Assembly (NCBI RefSeq): GCF_006345805.1 | Contig: NC_043010.1 | Location: 35,960,001-36,024,000, forward strand | Length of the DNA stretch: 64,000 nucleotides | Direction of reading: 5' to 3' | Source of the DNA: Octopus sinensis | Taxonomy: Eukaryota | In this document: positions 48,321 through 62,750 of the stretch, one piece after another | How the letters are laid out: each line of letters begins with the position of its first letter | Position numbering within the stretch: position 1 is the stretch's first letter | Notes under the pieces: model-generated | Told to the model about the DNA's origin: nothing | Seen by the model: only the letters and a program-made list of their open reading frames with translations | The model's database searches: none | Program-made: the position numbers and the translations under genes

Positions 48321-49477
48321 AATAATTGTTTGGCTAGAGGTGGCACTGCCAAATTCCCATTTGAAATATATAGTTTTCAAAGTGACAACTAGTCACTGAT
48401 CTATAAATTAGAAAATTACATTTTTTTTTTTTTTACTGTTGCTGAAAATCTCTCATTGTGAGATTTAAAAATAGTAATCTTTTTTATGATTCATAATAAT
48501 ATTTAATTATAACACCATAATGTAATTTTTAACATCAAATAGTTATGGAGGGGTGGTCATCCACGTAAAATGGGAATCAAAAGGGTCCATAGGCAAAAAA
48601 TGGTTGAGACCCTCCTATAATGTTTTTGTTTGTTCCTTCTCAAGCCATCCCCGACTCATAAGGGCTGGTTTCCCAGTTTCCTTGACATATAGGTTCCCCA
48701 CCTGGATGGGACACCGGTCTGTGGCAGGTGAGCTGCAAGATGCAGGAGGAAAGAGTGAGAGAAAGTTGTGGCAAAAGAGCAGCAGAAGTTCGCCATCATC
48801 TTCTGCCGGAGCCGCATGGAGCTTAGATGTTTCGCTCGTAAACATACACATCACCTGGTCTGAGATTTGAACCCTTGATCCCTCGACCACGAGTCCGCTG
48901 CTCTAACCACTAAGTCATGTGCCTCCTCCTATAATGTAGTCCTAGCAATAATAGTTGATCTAAGCAATACTCAGTACTTTTCTTTCTTTACCTCAGTATG
49001 GTAAAAGACAAAGTGGGCCCTGGTAGGAATTGATCATAGAACACAAAGAATCTAGCTAAGCTAAATACAGTAAGATATTCAAACTCAAACTGGTGCCCAC
49101 TGGCTTTTTTTTTCTGTCCTTCCACCTCCTCAGACACCATTACCATCAACATATTTCTATTTCCCACACAGCATTACTATTATCATGAGATGCCAAGAGA
49201 AAGAGAGAGAGGTGGAAGAGACAGAGTGGGAGGGAAAGATTAGTAATATTAAATTTTCTTTAAACATCCATACTTGAATTGCCTCTTCCTCCATACCCAC
49301 TTACTCTGCTGATGTGTGTAAGGTGATGGTTTGTTTTTTTAACCTTTGACCAACATTCTACAGGAAGTTATCATCCTTTAGAGACCAATGAAGAAAATGG
49401 ACCAAGTATTTCAGTACACAAGTAATGAAGTTTCTCTCACCATTGCTCATAATATATATATATATAATATATATACA

Positions 49478-49686
49478 CAGGGTGAGGTTAATAAACTGTC
49501 ATCTAAATTATGCAAAAATGAAAATAACATTGTCATTTCATTTTAAAAGATATGTTTACCAAAATTACATACAAATATCTTGAAATACTAAAGAGTAAAT
49601 TTCTTCAATAAAATCGCCATTGGCTTCAACCACAGCCTCCAGACAACTTTGGAATCTCCTGCAACTTTTCTGGACAATCTCCTTGT
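49478..49686 (-). mobile_element. Tc1/mariner-superfamily 3' terminal fragment
   Basis: KEIVQKSCRRFQSCLEAVVEANGDFIE C-terminal motif plus TA-CAGGGTG end. Confidence 0.65.
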
Positions 49687-49821
49687 TTAAGTTGGTCATT
49701 TACATTTCATTCCATAATGACAACCTCTGAGAAGCACAGGGTAACATAATCACACCGTTAAACTCCTAGTGTGAAACTGATTGGTAAGATCAGCCATAAT
49801 GATATAAAATACTGTACACTT

Positions 49822-51327
49822 CAAGACGCTGCTAGTAAGGTGAGGGTTGGCAACGAGTACAGTGAAGAATTCCGGGTAGAGGTAGGGGTCCACCAAGGCT
49901 CAGTCCTCAGCCCCCTCCTATTTATCATAGTCCTCCAGGAAATAACGGAGGAATTCAAGACAGGATGCCCTTGGGAGCTCCTCTATGCTGATGACCTTGC
50001 TCTAATTGCTGAGTCACTATCAGAACTGGAGGAGAAGTTTCAGGTGTGGAAACAAGGATTAGAATCGAAGGGCCTTAGAGTCAATCTAGCTAAAACCAAA
50101 GTCGTAATCAGTAGGAAGGTAGACCTTCCTACTATCACAAACGCCTTCAGGTAGATGGCCCTGCTCGATCTGTAGAAAAGGTGTAGGTAGAAACTCTATA
50201 AGATGCACCAAGTGTAAGCTATGGACACATAAGAGGTGCAGCAATGTCAAAGGAAGGCTAACTAGGAAAATAGTTTTTGTCTGTGGCAGATGCTCTGGAA
50301 CAATAAACACTGAAAATGCTCTGAGACCAACTTCCGTCACTTTCCAGGGAGAAAAACTAGAAATAGTTGATAGCTTCCGTTACCTAGGTGACCAAGTCAG
50401 CAGCGGGGGCGGGTGTGCTGAAAGTGTAACTGCTAGAGTAAGAATAGCTTGGGCAAAGTTCAGAGAGCTCTTACCTCTGCTGGTGACAAAAGGCCTCTCG
50501 CACAGAGTAAAAGTACTTTGAGAGAAAAGCTGGACCTAAGAAGCATCAGTTGTGGTGTGCAAGAGAGACGTTTGCACTGGTATGGGCATGTGGCGAGAAT
50601 GGATGAAGATAGTTGTGTGAAAAAGTTCCACACCCTAGCGGTTTGAGGGAACCTGTGGAAGAGGCAGACCCAGGAAAACCTGGGACGAGGTGGTGAAGCA
50701 CAACCTTCGAACTTTAGGTCTCACTGAGGAAATGACTAGAGACCAAGACCTCTGGAAGTGTGCTGTGCACGAGAAGACCCAGCAGGACAAGTGAGACCAT
50801 AACCCGTGGCCTTCTACATGGGATGGAGCCAGCCTACGTATGCATACCTTCCCTTATTGGGACACAAAACTCTACTTGTGAAGACCTGTTGAGGCAAGTG
50901 AGGATCAGAATCGAAATCGATCAATGGAAATTGCAGATGAGTTACCAGTGCCGGTGGCATGTAAGAGAACCATCCGTTCGTGACCGTTGCCAGCGCCCCC
51001 CCGACTGGCCTCGTGCCGGTGGCACATAAAAAGCACCATCCGTTCGTGTCCATTGCCAGCCTCGCCTGGGCCCCGTGCCGGTGGCACATAAAAGCACCAT
51101 CCGTTCGTGGCCGTTTGCCAGCTCTGTCTGGCACCTGTGTGGGTGGCACGTAAAAAGCACCCACTACACTCACGGAGTAGTTGGCGTTAGGAAGGGCATC
51201 CAGCCGTAGAAACACTGCCAGATCTGACTGGGCCTGATGAAGCCTTCCAGCTTCACAGACCCCAGTTGAACCGTCCAACCCATGCTAGCATGGAAAACGG
51301 ACACTAAACGATGATGATGATGATGAT
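49822..51327 (+). mobile_element. 5'-truncated RTE-clade LINE (RT C-terminal half, 3' UTR with tandem ~45-bp units, (GAT)n tail)
   Basis: VGVHQGSVLSPLLF, ELLYADDLAL, GLRVNLAKTK, RLHWYGHVARMD; frameshifts and an internal deletion near 50510. Confidence 0.92.
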
Positions 51328-52597
51328 ATCCATTTTCGGTGCTTGCCTGGGTCAGATAACTATATTATTGAGGTGTTTTGTTTTATAGCCAATTGCTCTT
51401 CCTGACATTAAGCCTTACCTATTTCTTAAGTAATGGATATCTTATTCCACAAAGCTTCAAAGGCTTGAAGCAAGCGGATGATTTATTGACAGGAGAAGTT
51501 CTATCAAAAACAGCACGTAAACATCATGTCTTTCATGTAATTGAACAGCAAATGTAAACAAACTCTAAAAGCATGTGTGCAAGACACAAGGTGCACTATA
51601 CGTAAAGGAAAAGATCTTAGTCAGTTACTATAATCTCATTTACATCTAGGATGCTATACAGGAATACTAAATTGACCCCTCTTGACTGGTACTTTTTTTA
51701 ATCAACCCCAGAAGTATGGAATACAAATTTGACCTAAGCAGAATTTGAACTTAAAACATAAGGAGTGACAACTAAATACAGTAACGCACTTTATCCACTG
51801 CTCTAATGATTCTGACAAACCACTGTCTAAGATGGGATGGCCATGGCTGGAATACTTTTTATTAGGGGACTGCTCAATCAGAGGACCTGATGATAAACAA
51901 CAACTACATGCATGGCCACTGATGTTTACATCTCACACACACACAATCTAGTGTTATACACTTAAGGTTTGATTGTTACTTAATAAGAAGAGACAGTAGG
52001 TTGTGCTGCCATTGTCATTCTCCCATCATTACTTGCTTCAAGATGCTACAACCACCACCACCACTGTAGTCTCCACTTCTACTACTATCATAGCCTAGTA
52101 CAGCTGTGCTGAAGCTAATTATCTGCAGGAAATGTTATATTATTTCCTGATGAAGAGTGTCAACATCTTCTTGTCTACTTACACCTTTACACATACAACC
52201 ACACACATACTACTAAGAGAGGGAAGCAAAAAAGTTTTCAAGAGACAAGACACACAGACTTTATATCATCATAAACCCACATACACACACTTACAGAAAC
52301 AAAACAAAACAAAACAAAAATATGCCACAAATACTTTCTATTATTAAGTAGATGTCTAAAAACTCATGTCTGCTGAAGTCACAGGAGAATAAAGGCTGTG
52401 CTGATGATGCCCAATGAGGTAGAAACAATATAGAGATAGTAAAGATTTTTTTGTTGTATGGGTATTTAATATCTCCTTATTCATCTTTATTGTTCATATT
52501 CATGTCACTGATCACTGTGTTATCTTTCACAGCTCATTTTTGTTTATATAGCAGGTCTCTATTTATCAGTTTTCTGATATGATGCATAAACACATGT

Positions 52598-52631
<34 letters not shown>

Positions 52632-53043
52632 CATATCAATATCATCATTTAACATCCGTTCTCCATGCAGGCATGGGCTGGACAGTTTGACAGAATACTG
52701 CCCAGAGCTTCTCAAATGCCCATGAAGATTTTAATGCTGATATGGTTGAGAGAGGGAACTGTTCATCAATGTATAGATGCCGAGGGATTATGGAACCTCA
52801 AAGAGAAAAAACTCAAAGAACATTAATCAGTTTTAATTAATTTCACAGCTAAATGTTGGTAATTGTCTTTTTTGAAGTAGAAAACACTTCTCTATGATGC
52901 CGTAAAGTGGGACTGAACCCGAACCCACAAGTGGATTTGTTTTGGTTTTTTTTACAGTGGACTGTTGAAATGCAAGTGAAATTTTAAATAAAAAAACTGT
53001 AACTCTACAATAAATAATAACACCATTGAATTTGAATCTTTAA

Positions 53044-53340
53044 TCTATATATATCAAGGTGAGAATGTGTGTCTGCTGTCTGTCTGTGTGAATCCCTAAA
53101 ACTCGAAAACTACACAACCGATTTCATTCAAATTTTACACATGCCTTACTTATGGTCCATGCTATGTCATGGGCTAAAATTTCAACTTCTTGCCTAATGT
53201 GAGCTCAAAGAAATCTCTTATCTCTTACACTATTTCAATATTACATCTCAAAAGTGAAACAATAACATCTCAATCGTAATGTGAGATACTTTCAGTTTAA
53301 TAGTTTCACTATTAATACTGAAACTATTGAAGTGAAACTA
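53044..53340 (+). mobile_element. Helitron-like 5' end
   Basis: A|TCTATATATATCAAGGTGAGAATGTGTGTCTG... start resembling the 5' end at 10511. Confidence 0.5.
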
Positions 53341-53383
53341 TTATCTCATATATATCTTGCATATATACATACATTTATGTGTA

Positions 53384-53448
<65 letters not shown>

Positions 53449-54306
53449 TATGAATAATATATACAATATAAATTATATATTGATTGATTGATTCTAGTTT
53501 CAGCTCATGAGCTGTGGCCATGCTGGGGCACCGCCATTTATATATATTTATATATATATTTATATATATAATATAAATAATGTATATGTTATAATATAAT
53601 AATATATATACATAATATAAAAAGATATATACATAATATAATAATATATATAATATATATATATAAATATGATATATATATATATATAAATAAATATAAA
53701 TAATGTATATATATATATTATAAATAATGTATATATTATAATATAAATAATGTATATATATAATATAAATAATATATATATATATATATAATATGTATAT
53801 ATATATAATATAAATATATTATATCTATAATATAAATAATGTATATTATATAATTAATAATGTATATATATAATATAATAATGTATAATATAATTATATA
53901 ATGTATATATATATATAATATAATATATATATATATATATAATTAAATATATATATATATATATATAATAATATTAATAATATATATATATATAATATAA
54001 ATAATATATATATATATATATAATATAAATAATATATATATATATATATAATAAAAATATATATATATAATAATAATATATATATATAATATAATATATA
54101 TATATATAATATAAATAATATATATATATATAATATAAATACTAATATAATATATAATATATATAATATAAATAATATATATATATATATAATATATAAT
54201 AATATATATAGATATAATATAATATAAATAATATATATATATATATAATATAATAATATAATATATATATATATATATAATAATATAATAATATAATATA
54301 AATAAT

Positions 54307-54338
<32 letters not shown>

Positions 54339-54677
54339 ATATATATAATATAAAAATATAATATATAATATATATAATATAATAATATATATATATAATA
54401 TAATATATATAATATATATATATAATATATATATATAATACATAATATATATATATATAATAATAATATATATAATATATATATAATATATATATATTAA
54501 TAATATAATAATATAATAATATATATATATAATATAAATAATATAATATATAATATATATATATAATATATATATATATACTACATATATATATATATAT
54601 AATATATATATATATATAATACATATATAATATAAATAATATTATATATATAATACTATATATAATAATAATATAAT

Positions 54678-55050
54678 ATCATCATCATCATCATCTATAG
54701 CGTCCGCTTTCCATGCTAGCATGGGTTGGACGGGTCAACTGGGGTCTGTGAAGCTGGAAGGCTTCGTCAGGCCCAGTCAGATCTGGCAGTGTTTCTACGG
54801 CTGGATGCCCTTCCTAACGCCAACCACTCCGCAAGTGTAGTGGGTGTTTTTTACGTGCCACCTGCACAGGTGGCCAGACAGAGCTGGCAAACGGCCACGA
54901 CGATGTTGGCTTTTTTTTACGGTGTCACCAGCACGGGGCCAGGCGATGCTGGCAACGGACACGAACGGATGGTGCTTTTACGTGCCACCGACACGGGGCC
55001 AGACAGAGCTGGCAAACGGCCACGAACGGACGGTGCTTTTACGTGTCACA
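54678..55050 (-). mobile_element. RTE 3' UTR fragment (copy 1 of a local duplication)
   Basis: Reverse complement of the 50950-51327 type; (ATC)n end. Confidence 0.9.
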
Positions 55051-55156
55051 TATATATATATAATATATATAATATATATATATATATATATTATAATATA
55101 TATATAATATAATATTATATATATATATATATATATTATATAATATATAATATATA

Positions 55157-55187
<31 letters not shown>

Positions 55188-56699
55188 ATATAAGATATAT
55201 ACATAATATAATGTATATATATATATATATATTATAATGTATATAATATATATAATATAATGTATATATATATATATTAATATATAATGTATATATATAT
55301 ATATATATAATATAATGTATATATATATATATATAATATAATGTATATATATATATATATAATATAATGTATATATATATATATATATAATATAATGTAT
55401 ATATATATATATATAATATAATGTATATATATATATATATAATATAATGTATATATATATATATAATATAATGTATATATATATATATATATAATATAAT
55501 GTATATATATATATATATATAAATATATATTATATATATAATAATATAATATATATATATAATATATAAATAATGTATATACATATATAAATAAGATATA
55601 TACATAATATAATGTATATATATATATATATATAAATAAATATATATAACATAATATAAATAAAATATTATATACATAATATAAATAAAATATATATATA
55701 CATAATATAAATAAGATATATACATAATATAATGTATAATAAAATATTATATATAATATAAATATGTATATATATATATAATATAAATAATGTATATATA
55801 TATATAAATAATATTATATATTATATAATAATAATGTATATATAATAATATAAATAATGTATATATATATAAATAAATAATGTATATATATATAATATAA
55901 ATAATGTATATATATATAATATAAATAATGTATATATATATAATATAAATAATGTATATATATATAATATAAATAATGTATATATATATAATATAAATAC
56001 TATAATATATATATAATATAAATAATATATTATATAGATACTATAAATATATATATATATATATAATATATATATAAATAAAATATATCTATATATATAA
56101 TGATAAATAAATATATATATAGTATATATATATATAATATAATGATATAATTATATATAATAAAATAATATCTATATATATATATTATATAATATATATA
56201 ATATAATATAAATAATATAATATATAATATATCTAATAAAAATATATATATATATAATATAAACTAATATTATATATATATAGATATAATATAATAAATA
56301 AGATATATATATAATATATATCATATAAATTAATATATATATATATAAATAATAATATATATATATTAATATAATAATATATATATTATATAATATAAAT
56401 AAAATTATATATTATATAATATAAATAATATATATATATATATAATATAAATAATATAATATATATATACTAAAAATATATATATATATATAATATAAAT
56501 AATATATATATATATATAATATAAATAAATATATATATATATAATATAATAATATATATATATATAATATAAATAATATATATAATATATATAATATATA
56601 TATATAAATATATATTATATATATATATAATAATACATATATATAATATAAATAATATATATATATATAATACATATATATAATATAAATAATATATAT

Positions 56700-57068
56700 A
56701 TCATCATCATCATCATCATATAGCGTCCGCTTTCCATGCTAGCATGGGTTGGACGGGTCAACTGGGGTCTGTGAAGCTGGAAGGCTTCGTCAGGCCCAGT
56801 CAGATCTGGCAGTGTTTCTACGGCTGGATGCCCTTCCTAACGCCAACCACTCCGCAAGTGTAGTGGGTGTTTTTTACGTGCCACCTGCACAGGTGCCAGA
56901 CAGAGCTGGCAAACGGCCACGAACGGATGGTGCTTTTACGTGTCACCAGCACGGGGCCAGGCGATGCTGGCAACGGACACGAACGGATGGTGCTTTTACG
57001 TGCCACCGACACGGGGCCAGACAGAGCTGGCAAACGGCCACGAACGGACGGTGCTTTTACGTGTCACA
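56700..57068 (-). mobile_element. RTE 3' UTR fragment (copy 2)
   Basis: Same truncation point and private variants as 54678-55050. Confidence 0.9.
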
Positions 57069-57821
57069 TATATATAATATAAATAATATATATATATATA
57101 TATTATATAAATAAGATATATACATAATAAATGTATATATATATATAATATAATGTATATATATTATATAATATAATGTATATATATATTATAATTAATG
57201 TATATATATATATATAATATAATGTATATATATATATATAATATAATGATATATATATATATAATATATTATATATATATATATATAATAATGTAATATT
57301 GTATTATATATATATTATAATATAATGTTATATATATATATATTATAATAATATAATGTAATATATATATATATATTATCTATAATGTATAATATATAAT
57401 ATATATAATATAATGTATATATATTATATATATTAATATAATGTTATATATATATATATATATATAATATAATGTATATATATATATATATATATATATA
57501 ATGTATATATATATATATATAATATAATGTAATATATATAATATATATATAATATAATGTATATAATATATATATAATAATATAATGTATATATATATAT
57601 ATATATAATATAATGTATATATAATATATATATATATAATATATTAATATATATATATATATATATAATATATGTATATATATATATATATATATCTATT
57701 AATGTATATATATATATATTATATAATATAATGTATATATATATATAATATATATCTAATGTATATATAATATATATAATAATGTATATATATATATATA
57801 TAATATGTATATATATATATA

Positions 57822-58547
57822 TACTTTGATACTTTGATAGGTTTCGGCCATTATTGGCCAGGCCATGTCTAACTTAATAGCACCACCTGGTGAAGTCTTT
57901 CAAGTCAGAATTTGGGCACTATGGCCCACTCAAGTAGAGAGTTATTGTTTACAGAGACATATCCGGGTGTAGGGGTTTATCCGGGATTTCTTGAAGGAAT
58001 CTGTCCAAAGACTTCTTGAACCCTATAGGGTCAGTTTCTGTTTTAATGTGTTTGGTGTAATGTTAAGAGAGCGGGGCCAATGAGGTGAAATAATTGTGCC
58101 GTATTGTTGTTATGAGATGAGAGTGCGATTTTTGTTTTGGGCGGATGGCACGGGGCCCAAGCCTTGGATGTACCTTAAAGGTGATGCCAACATCATTTGG
58201 GCAATGCTGATGGAATATTTTCCACATCATGCAGATGATGTAGCGCTCATGACGACGTTGGAGAGAATAGAGTTTTCTTTTCTAGTCGACCCCAATAGTC
58301 GAGGCCTGTCATGCCATCTATCTTTTTTGTGATTGCCCTTTGAGGTGCTTCAACTTTTATGATACCTTGTATTGTGTGGGGAGACCACAGTGGACAACAG
58401 TATTCAAGGTGGGGTCGGGCAAAAGTGGAGAAGAGAAGGATAATGGTGTGGATATCTCTCGACTGGAAAGTTCTGAATCCAGGAACACATTCTGCGGGCC
58501 ATGTCAACTTTGTTTTATATGAGTGGCCAGCTTACGTTGTTGTCCAC
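57822..58547 (-). mobile_element. 5'-truncated CR1-group LINE with (ATCAAAGT)2 tail
   Basis: LFSTFARPHLEYCCPLWSP...QRAITKKIDGM.GLDYWGRL...RRHERYII; a different family from 2642-3342. Confidence 0.85.
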
Positions 58548-59253
58548 AATATAATAATAAATGTATATATATATATATATAATATAATAATGTATATATA
58601 TATATATATAAATAATGTATATATATATATATAATATAATGTATATATATAGTATAATATAATGTATATATATTATATATAATATAATGTTATACATAAT
58701 ATAATGTATATACATAATATAAGTAAGATATATACATAATATATAATGTATATGTGTATATATATATATATATAATGTATATGTGTATATATATATAATG
58801 TATATGTGTATATATATATAATTTATATGTGTATATATAATTTATATGTGTATATATTATAATTTATATGTGTATATATATATAATTATATGTGTATATA
58901 TATATTATATAATATATATATAAGTTATATGTGTATATATATTAATTTATATGTGTATATATATATAATTTTATATTGTGTATATAATAATTTATATGTG
59001 TATATATATATAATTTATATATTATATATATAATTTATATATATATATAATTTATATATATATATATAATAATTTATATATATATATATATAATTTATAT
59101 ATATATATATTTATATATATATATATATATATAATTTATATATATATATATATATAATATTATATATATATATTATATAATTATATATATATTTAGAATT
59201 TATATATATATATAATTTATATATATATATAATTTATAATATCTATATATATT

Positions 59254-59287
<34 letters not shown>

Positions 59288-60316
59288 ATATATATATTTA
59301 TATATATATATATAATTTATATATATTCATAATTATATATATATAATATAATTTATATATATATATATAATTTATATTATATATATATATATATAATTTA
59401 TATATATATATAACTAAATATAATTTATATATATATATATTATATTTATATATATATATAATTTATATATATATATATATAATTTATATATATATATATA
59501 TTATATATTATATATTTATATATATATATAATTTATATATATATAATTTATATATATATAATTTATATATATATCATGATACTTTATATATATATATATA
59601 TAATTTATATATATATATAATTTATATATAATACTTTATATATATATATATGTTATATGTATGTATATATAATTTATTATGTATATATTATAATTTACAT
59701 GTATATATATATATATTTACATGTATATATATATAATTTACATGTATATATATAATAATTACATGTATATATATATAATTTACATTATATCATATATATA
59801 ATTTACATGTATATATATATATAATTTACATGTATATATATATAATTTACATGTATATATATATATAATTTACATGTATATATATATATAATTTACATGT
59901 ATATATATATATAATTTACATGTATATATATATATAATTTACATGTATATATATATATAATATACATGTATATATATATATAATATACATGTATATATAA
60001 TATATATAATATACATGTATATATATATATAATATACATGTATATAATATATATAATATATATGTGTATGTATATATATAATATATATGTGTATGGATAA
60101 TATATAATATACATGTATATATATATATAATATACATGTATATATATATATAATATATATGTGTATGTAATATATAATATATATGTGTATGTATATATAT
60201 AATATATATGTGTATGTATATATATAATATATATGTGTATGTGTATATATATATATTATATATAATTTATATGTGTATGTATATATCTATATATATATAT
60301 ATATAATTTATATGTG

Positions 60317-60352
<36 letters not shown>

Positions 60353-60513
60353 TTTATATGTGTATGTATATATATATATATATGTGTATGTATATATATA
60401 ATATATATGTGTATGTGTATATATAATATGTATGTGTATATATATATATATATAATTTATATGTGTATGTATAATATATATAGATAATATATATATATAT
60501 TTATATGTGTATG

Positions 60514-60551
<38 letters not shown>

Positions 60552-60561
60552 ATGTGTATGT

Positions 60562-60592
<31 letters not shown>

Positions 60593-60629
60593 ATGTGTAT
60601 GTATATATATATAATTTATATGTGTATGT

Positions 60630-60660
<31 letters not shown>

Positions 60661-60795
60661 ATGTGTATGTATATATATATATATATCTATAAAATTTATA
60701 TGTGTATGTATAATATATATATAATATAATTTATATGTGTATGTATATATATATAATATAATATATATATATATATATAATAATTTATGTGTATG

Positions 60796-60826
<31 letters not shown>

Positions 60827-60888
60827 ATTTATATTGTATGTATATATATATATATATAATATATATATATATATATAATTTATATGTG

Positions 60889-60938
<50 letters not shown>

Positions 60939-61089
60939 ATGTGTATGTATATATATATATATAATATAATATATAATTTATATGTGTATGTATAATATAA
61001 TATATATATATATATAATTTATATGTGTATGTATATATATATATATTATATATATATATATATATGGTGAGGAATCCTACAATAGGGAG

Positions 61090-61608
61090 TGGTAACAACT
61101 AGGGTAGGGTAGCTGACTGCTTACCGTGATCATTTGTCTTTTGGTTTCTGTAGCTTTGCTCTCTTTTACAAACCTAGTGAACATTCATATATTTCCAATT
61201 CCAAAGAAAATTGAACAATAGATATAAGACACAAGTTAAAAAAGATTCCCAACAATTCAACTTCTCTGGTTGACTTTAAGACACCCCCACCCCCCTAATA
61301 GGGGCCTTAACTCCCACATTTTAGAGCTCCATGTGCTCCATTTTTCAGGAGTAAAAACCTTTGAATAGGTTTTATAAGATTTGTATTTTGGAATCTGGGC
61401 ATAAAGATGAGTGGTATGGGATAAATGTCGTGATTAGAATTGTTTTGTAAGGTGTGTAAAGAGGGAAAGAACCCTCATTAAAATTCTTAATCTCCAATTT
61501 TGATGAAATTTGAATCATAGGTATTCCAGTTCATTAGAGAAAGTATCAAAGAAAAGTCTAATTCTTCAATTCCATGTGACACGGGCAACGCCGGGTATCT
61601 CTGGCTAG
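61090..61608 (+). mobile_element. Helitron-like 3' portion
   Basis: Ends cacgggcaacgccgggtatctctggCTAG; a similar end occurs at 48024-48053. Confidence 0.6.
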
Positions 61609-62619
61609 CTTTATATAAAACTATGTTGGAATACATTTTACCAAGGATCTATAAGTAAATTCGAGAAAACCTTGCTGAAAATCTCATCACATGCAAGAAT
61701 TTCCCTGAATAGGTCGGATGGTGAAAAGCGTCATAAATCAACAAGTTGTAAAGTGAAAATATTTGATACAACACCACACATTATATGACAGGATGTTACA
61801 TAGAGTTGAACACGTTGGTTTAGTACAATATCAAACCCGAGAGGATGAGATACGAAGTTAACTACAATTTAATTTCGAACTAGGAAAAGCAAAGTCGTAA
61901 ATGAATGGGTATGTTTTAACTAAATCAATAGTACTACGTTACTAGAAACTTGTTGAATGAAGGACAAAAAAACAAAACATATGGACAACCGAAGAGTGAT
62001 GGACTTGAACCCAGAACGTAACAAACTAATGAGCTTAAATAATTCTTGTAAAGGCAATTTAACCAGAAGGCACTGTGGTAAATTAAATTTTCTTCTGACT
62101 GGTGTAGAAAATTTGAGTATTACATGATTAATTAATTGATTGGAGATAGATAAATAGAAAGAGGTAATACTGTACAAGAGACGCGGAGAATATCTAATTC
62201 GCTCACAACTAATTTCTACAAGAATAATTCTTTTTCTTTTTTCAAAATTATTACCACCCTCTAACAACTCTTTAAAAACAAAGTTTGCAAAATCGTAATC
62301 ACTGATGTTTCTAGATAATTTGTTGAAAATTTTAAAAAATTAAAACCGAAAAATTTACGTAATGGAAAGGAGTTGAAATAATGAAAATGTTATAGTTTGA
62401 TTTTTTTTTCTTTTCTTTGAAGAATTACTCTTAAATATTTGAAATATAAATCTGAAAGAAAAAATATTTCTTATGTTTTTTCTTCATTTTTCAAAATTCT
62501 AATATCCGATATTTGAAATTGTGATTTTAAACAAACGAGATGATTTCCGACTCTATTCTGCAGGATTACCATGTATATAGCTACAGAAAGAGAAAGAGAG
62601 GTAAACGTTGTCAACTCAC

Positions 62620-62750
62620 CGTTTAGTTCTTTGAAGTTAAACAATTCCAGAAAGTTATGTAAGTTCTCTGTGTGCGTGTGGTATTACTTGTCTATATCTA
62701 AGCGTATGAAATGGTGTTTATATATATATATTGAGAGAAAGCGGCAGAGA
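62620..62750 (-). other. Candidate non-coding 5' exon
   Basis: AACG|GTGAGT donor at 62619-62614 in unique, CpG-containing sequence; 5' boundary unknown. Confidence 0.3.

Larger units (their letters stand above)
53380..61066. repeat. ~7.7-kb degenerate TA-rich microsatellite field
   Basis: TA, TATAA, TATAATG and TATGTG arrays interrupted by three retroelement fragments. Confidence 0.95.

Noticed and set aside
52377-52430. Type-III hammerhead-like CTGATGA TGCC..GGTA GAAAC with a CACAG/CTGTG stem
   Set aside because: The cleavage triplet is out of register with stem I by one base and stem III has only 2 bp; probably chance.
53943-61098. Ile/Tyr-rich ORFs
   Set aside because: TA microsatellite translations.
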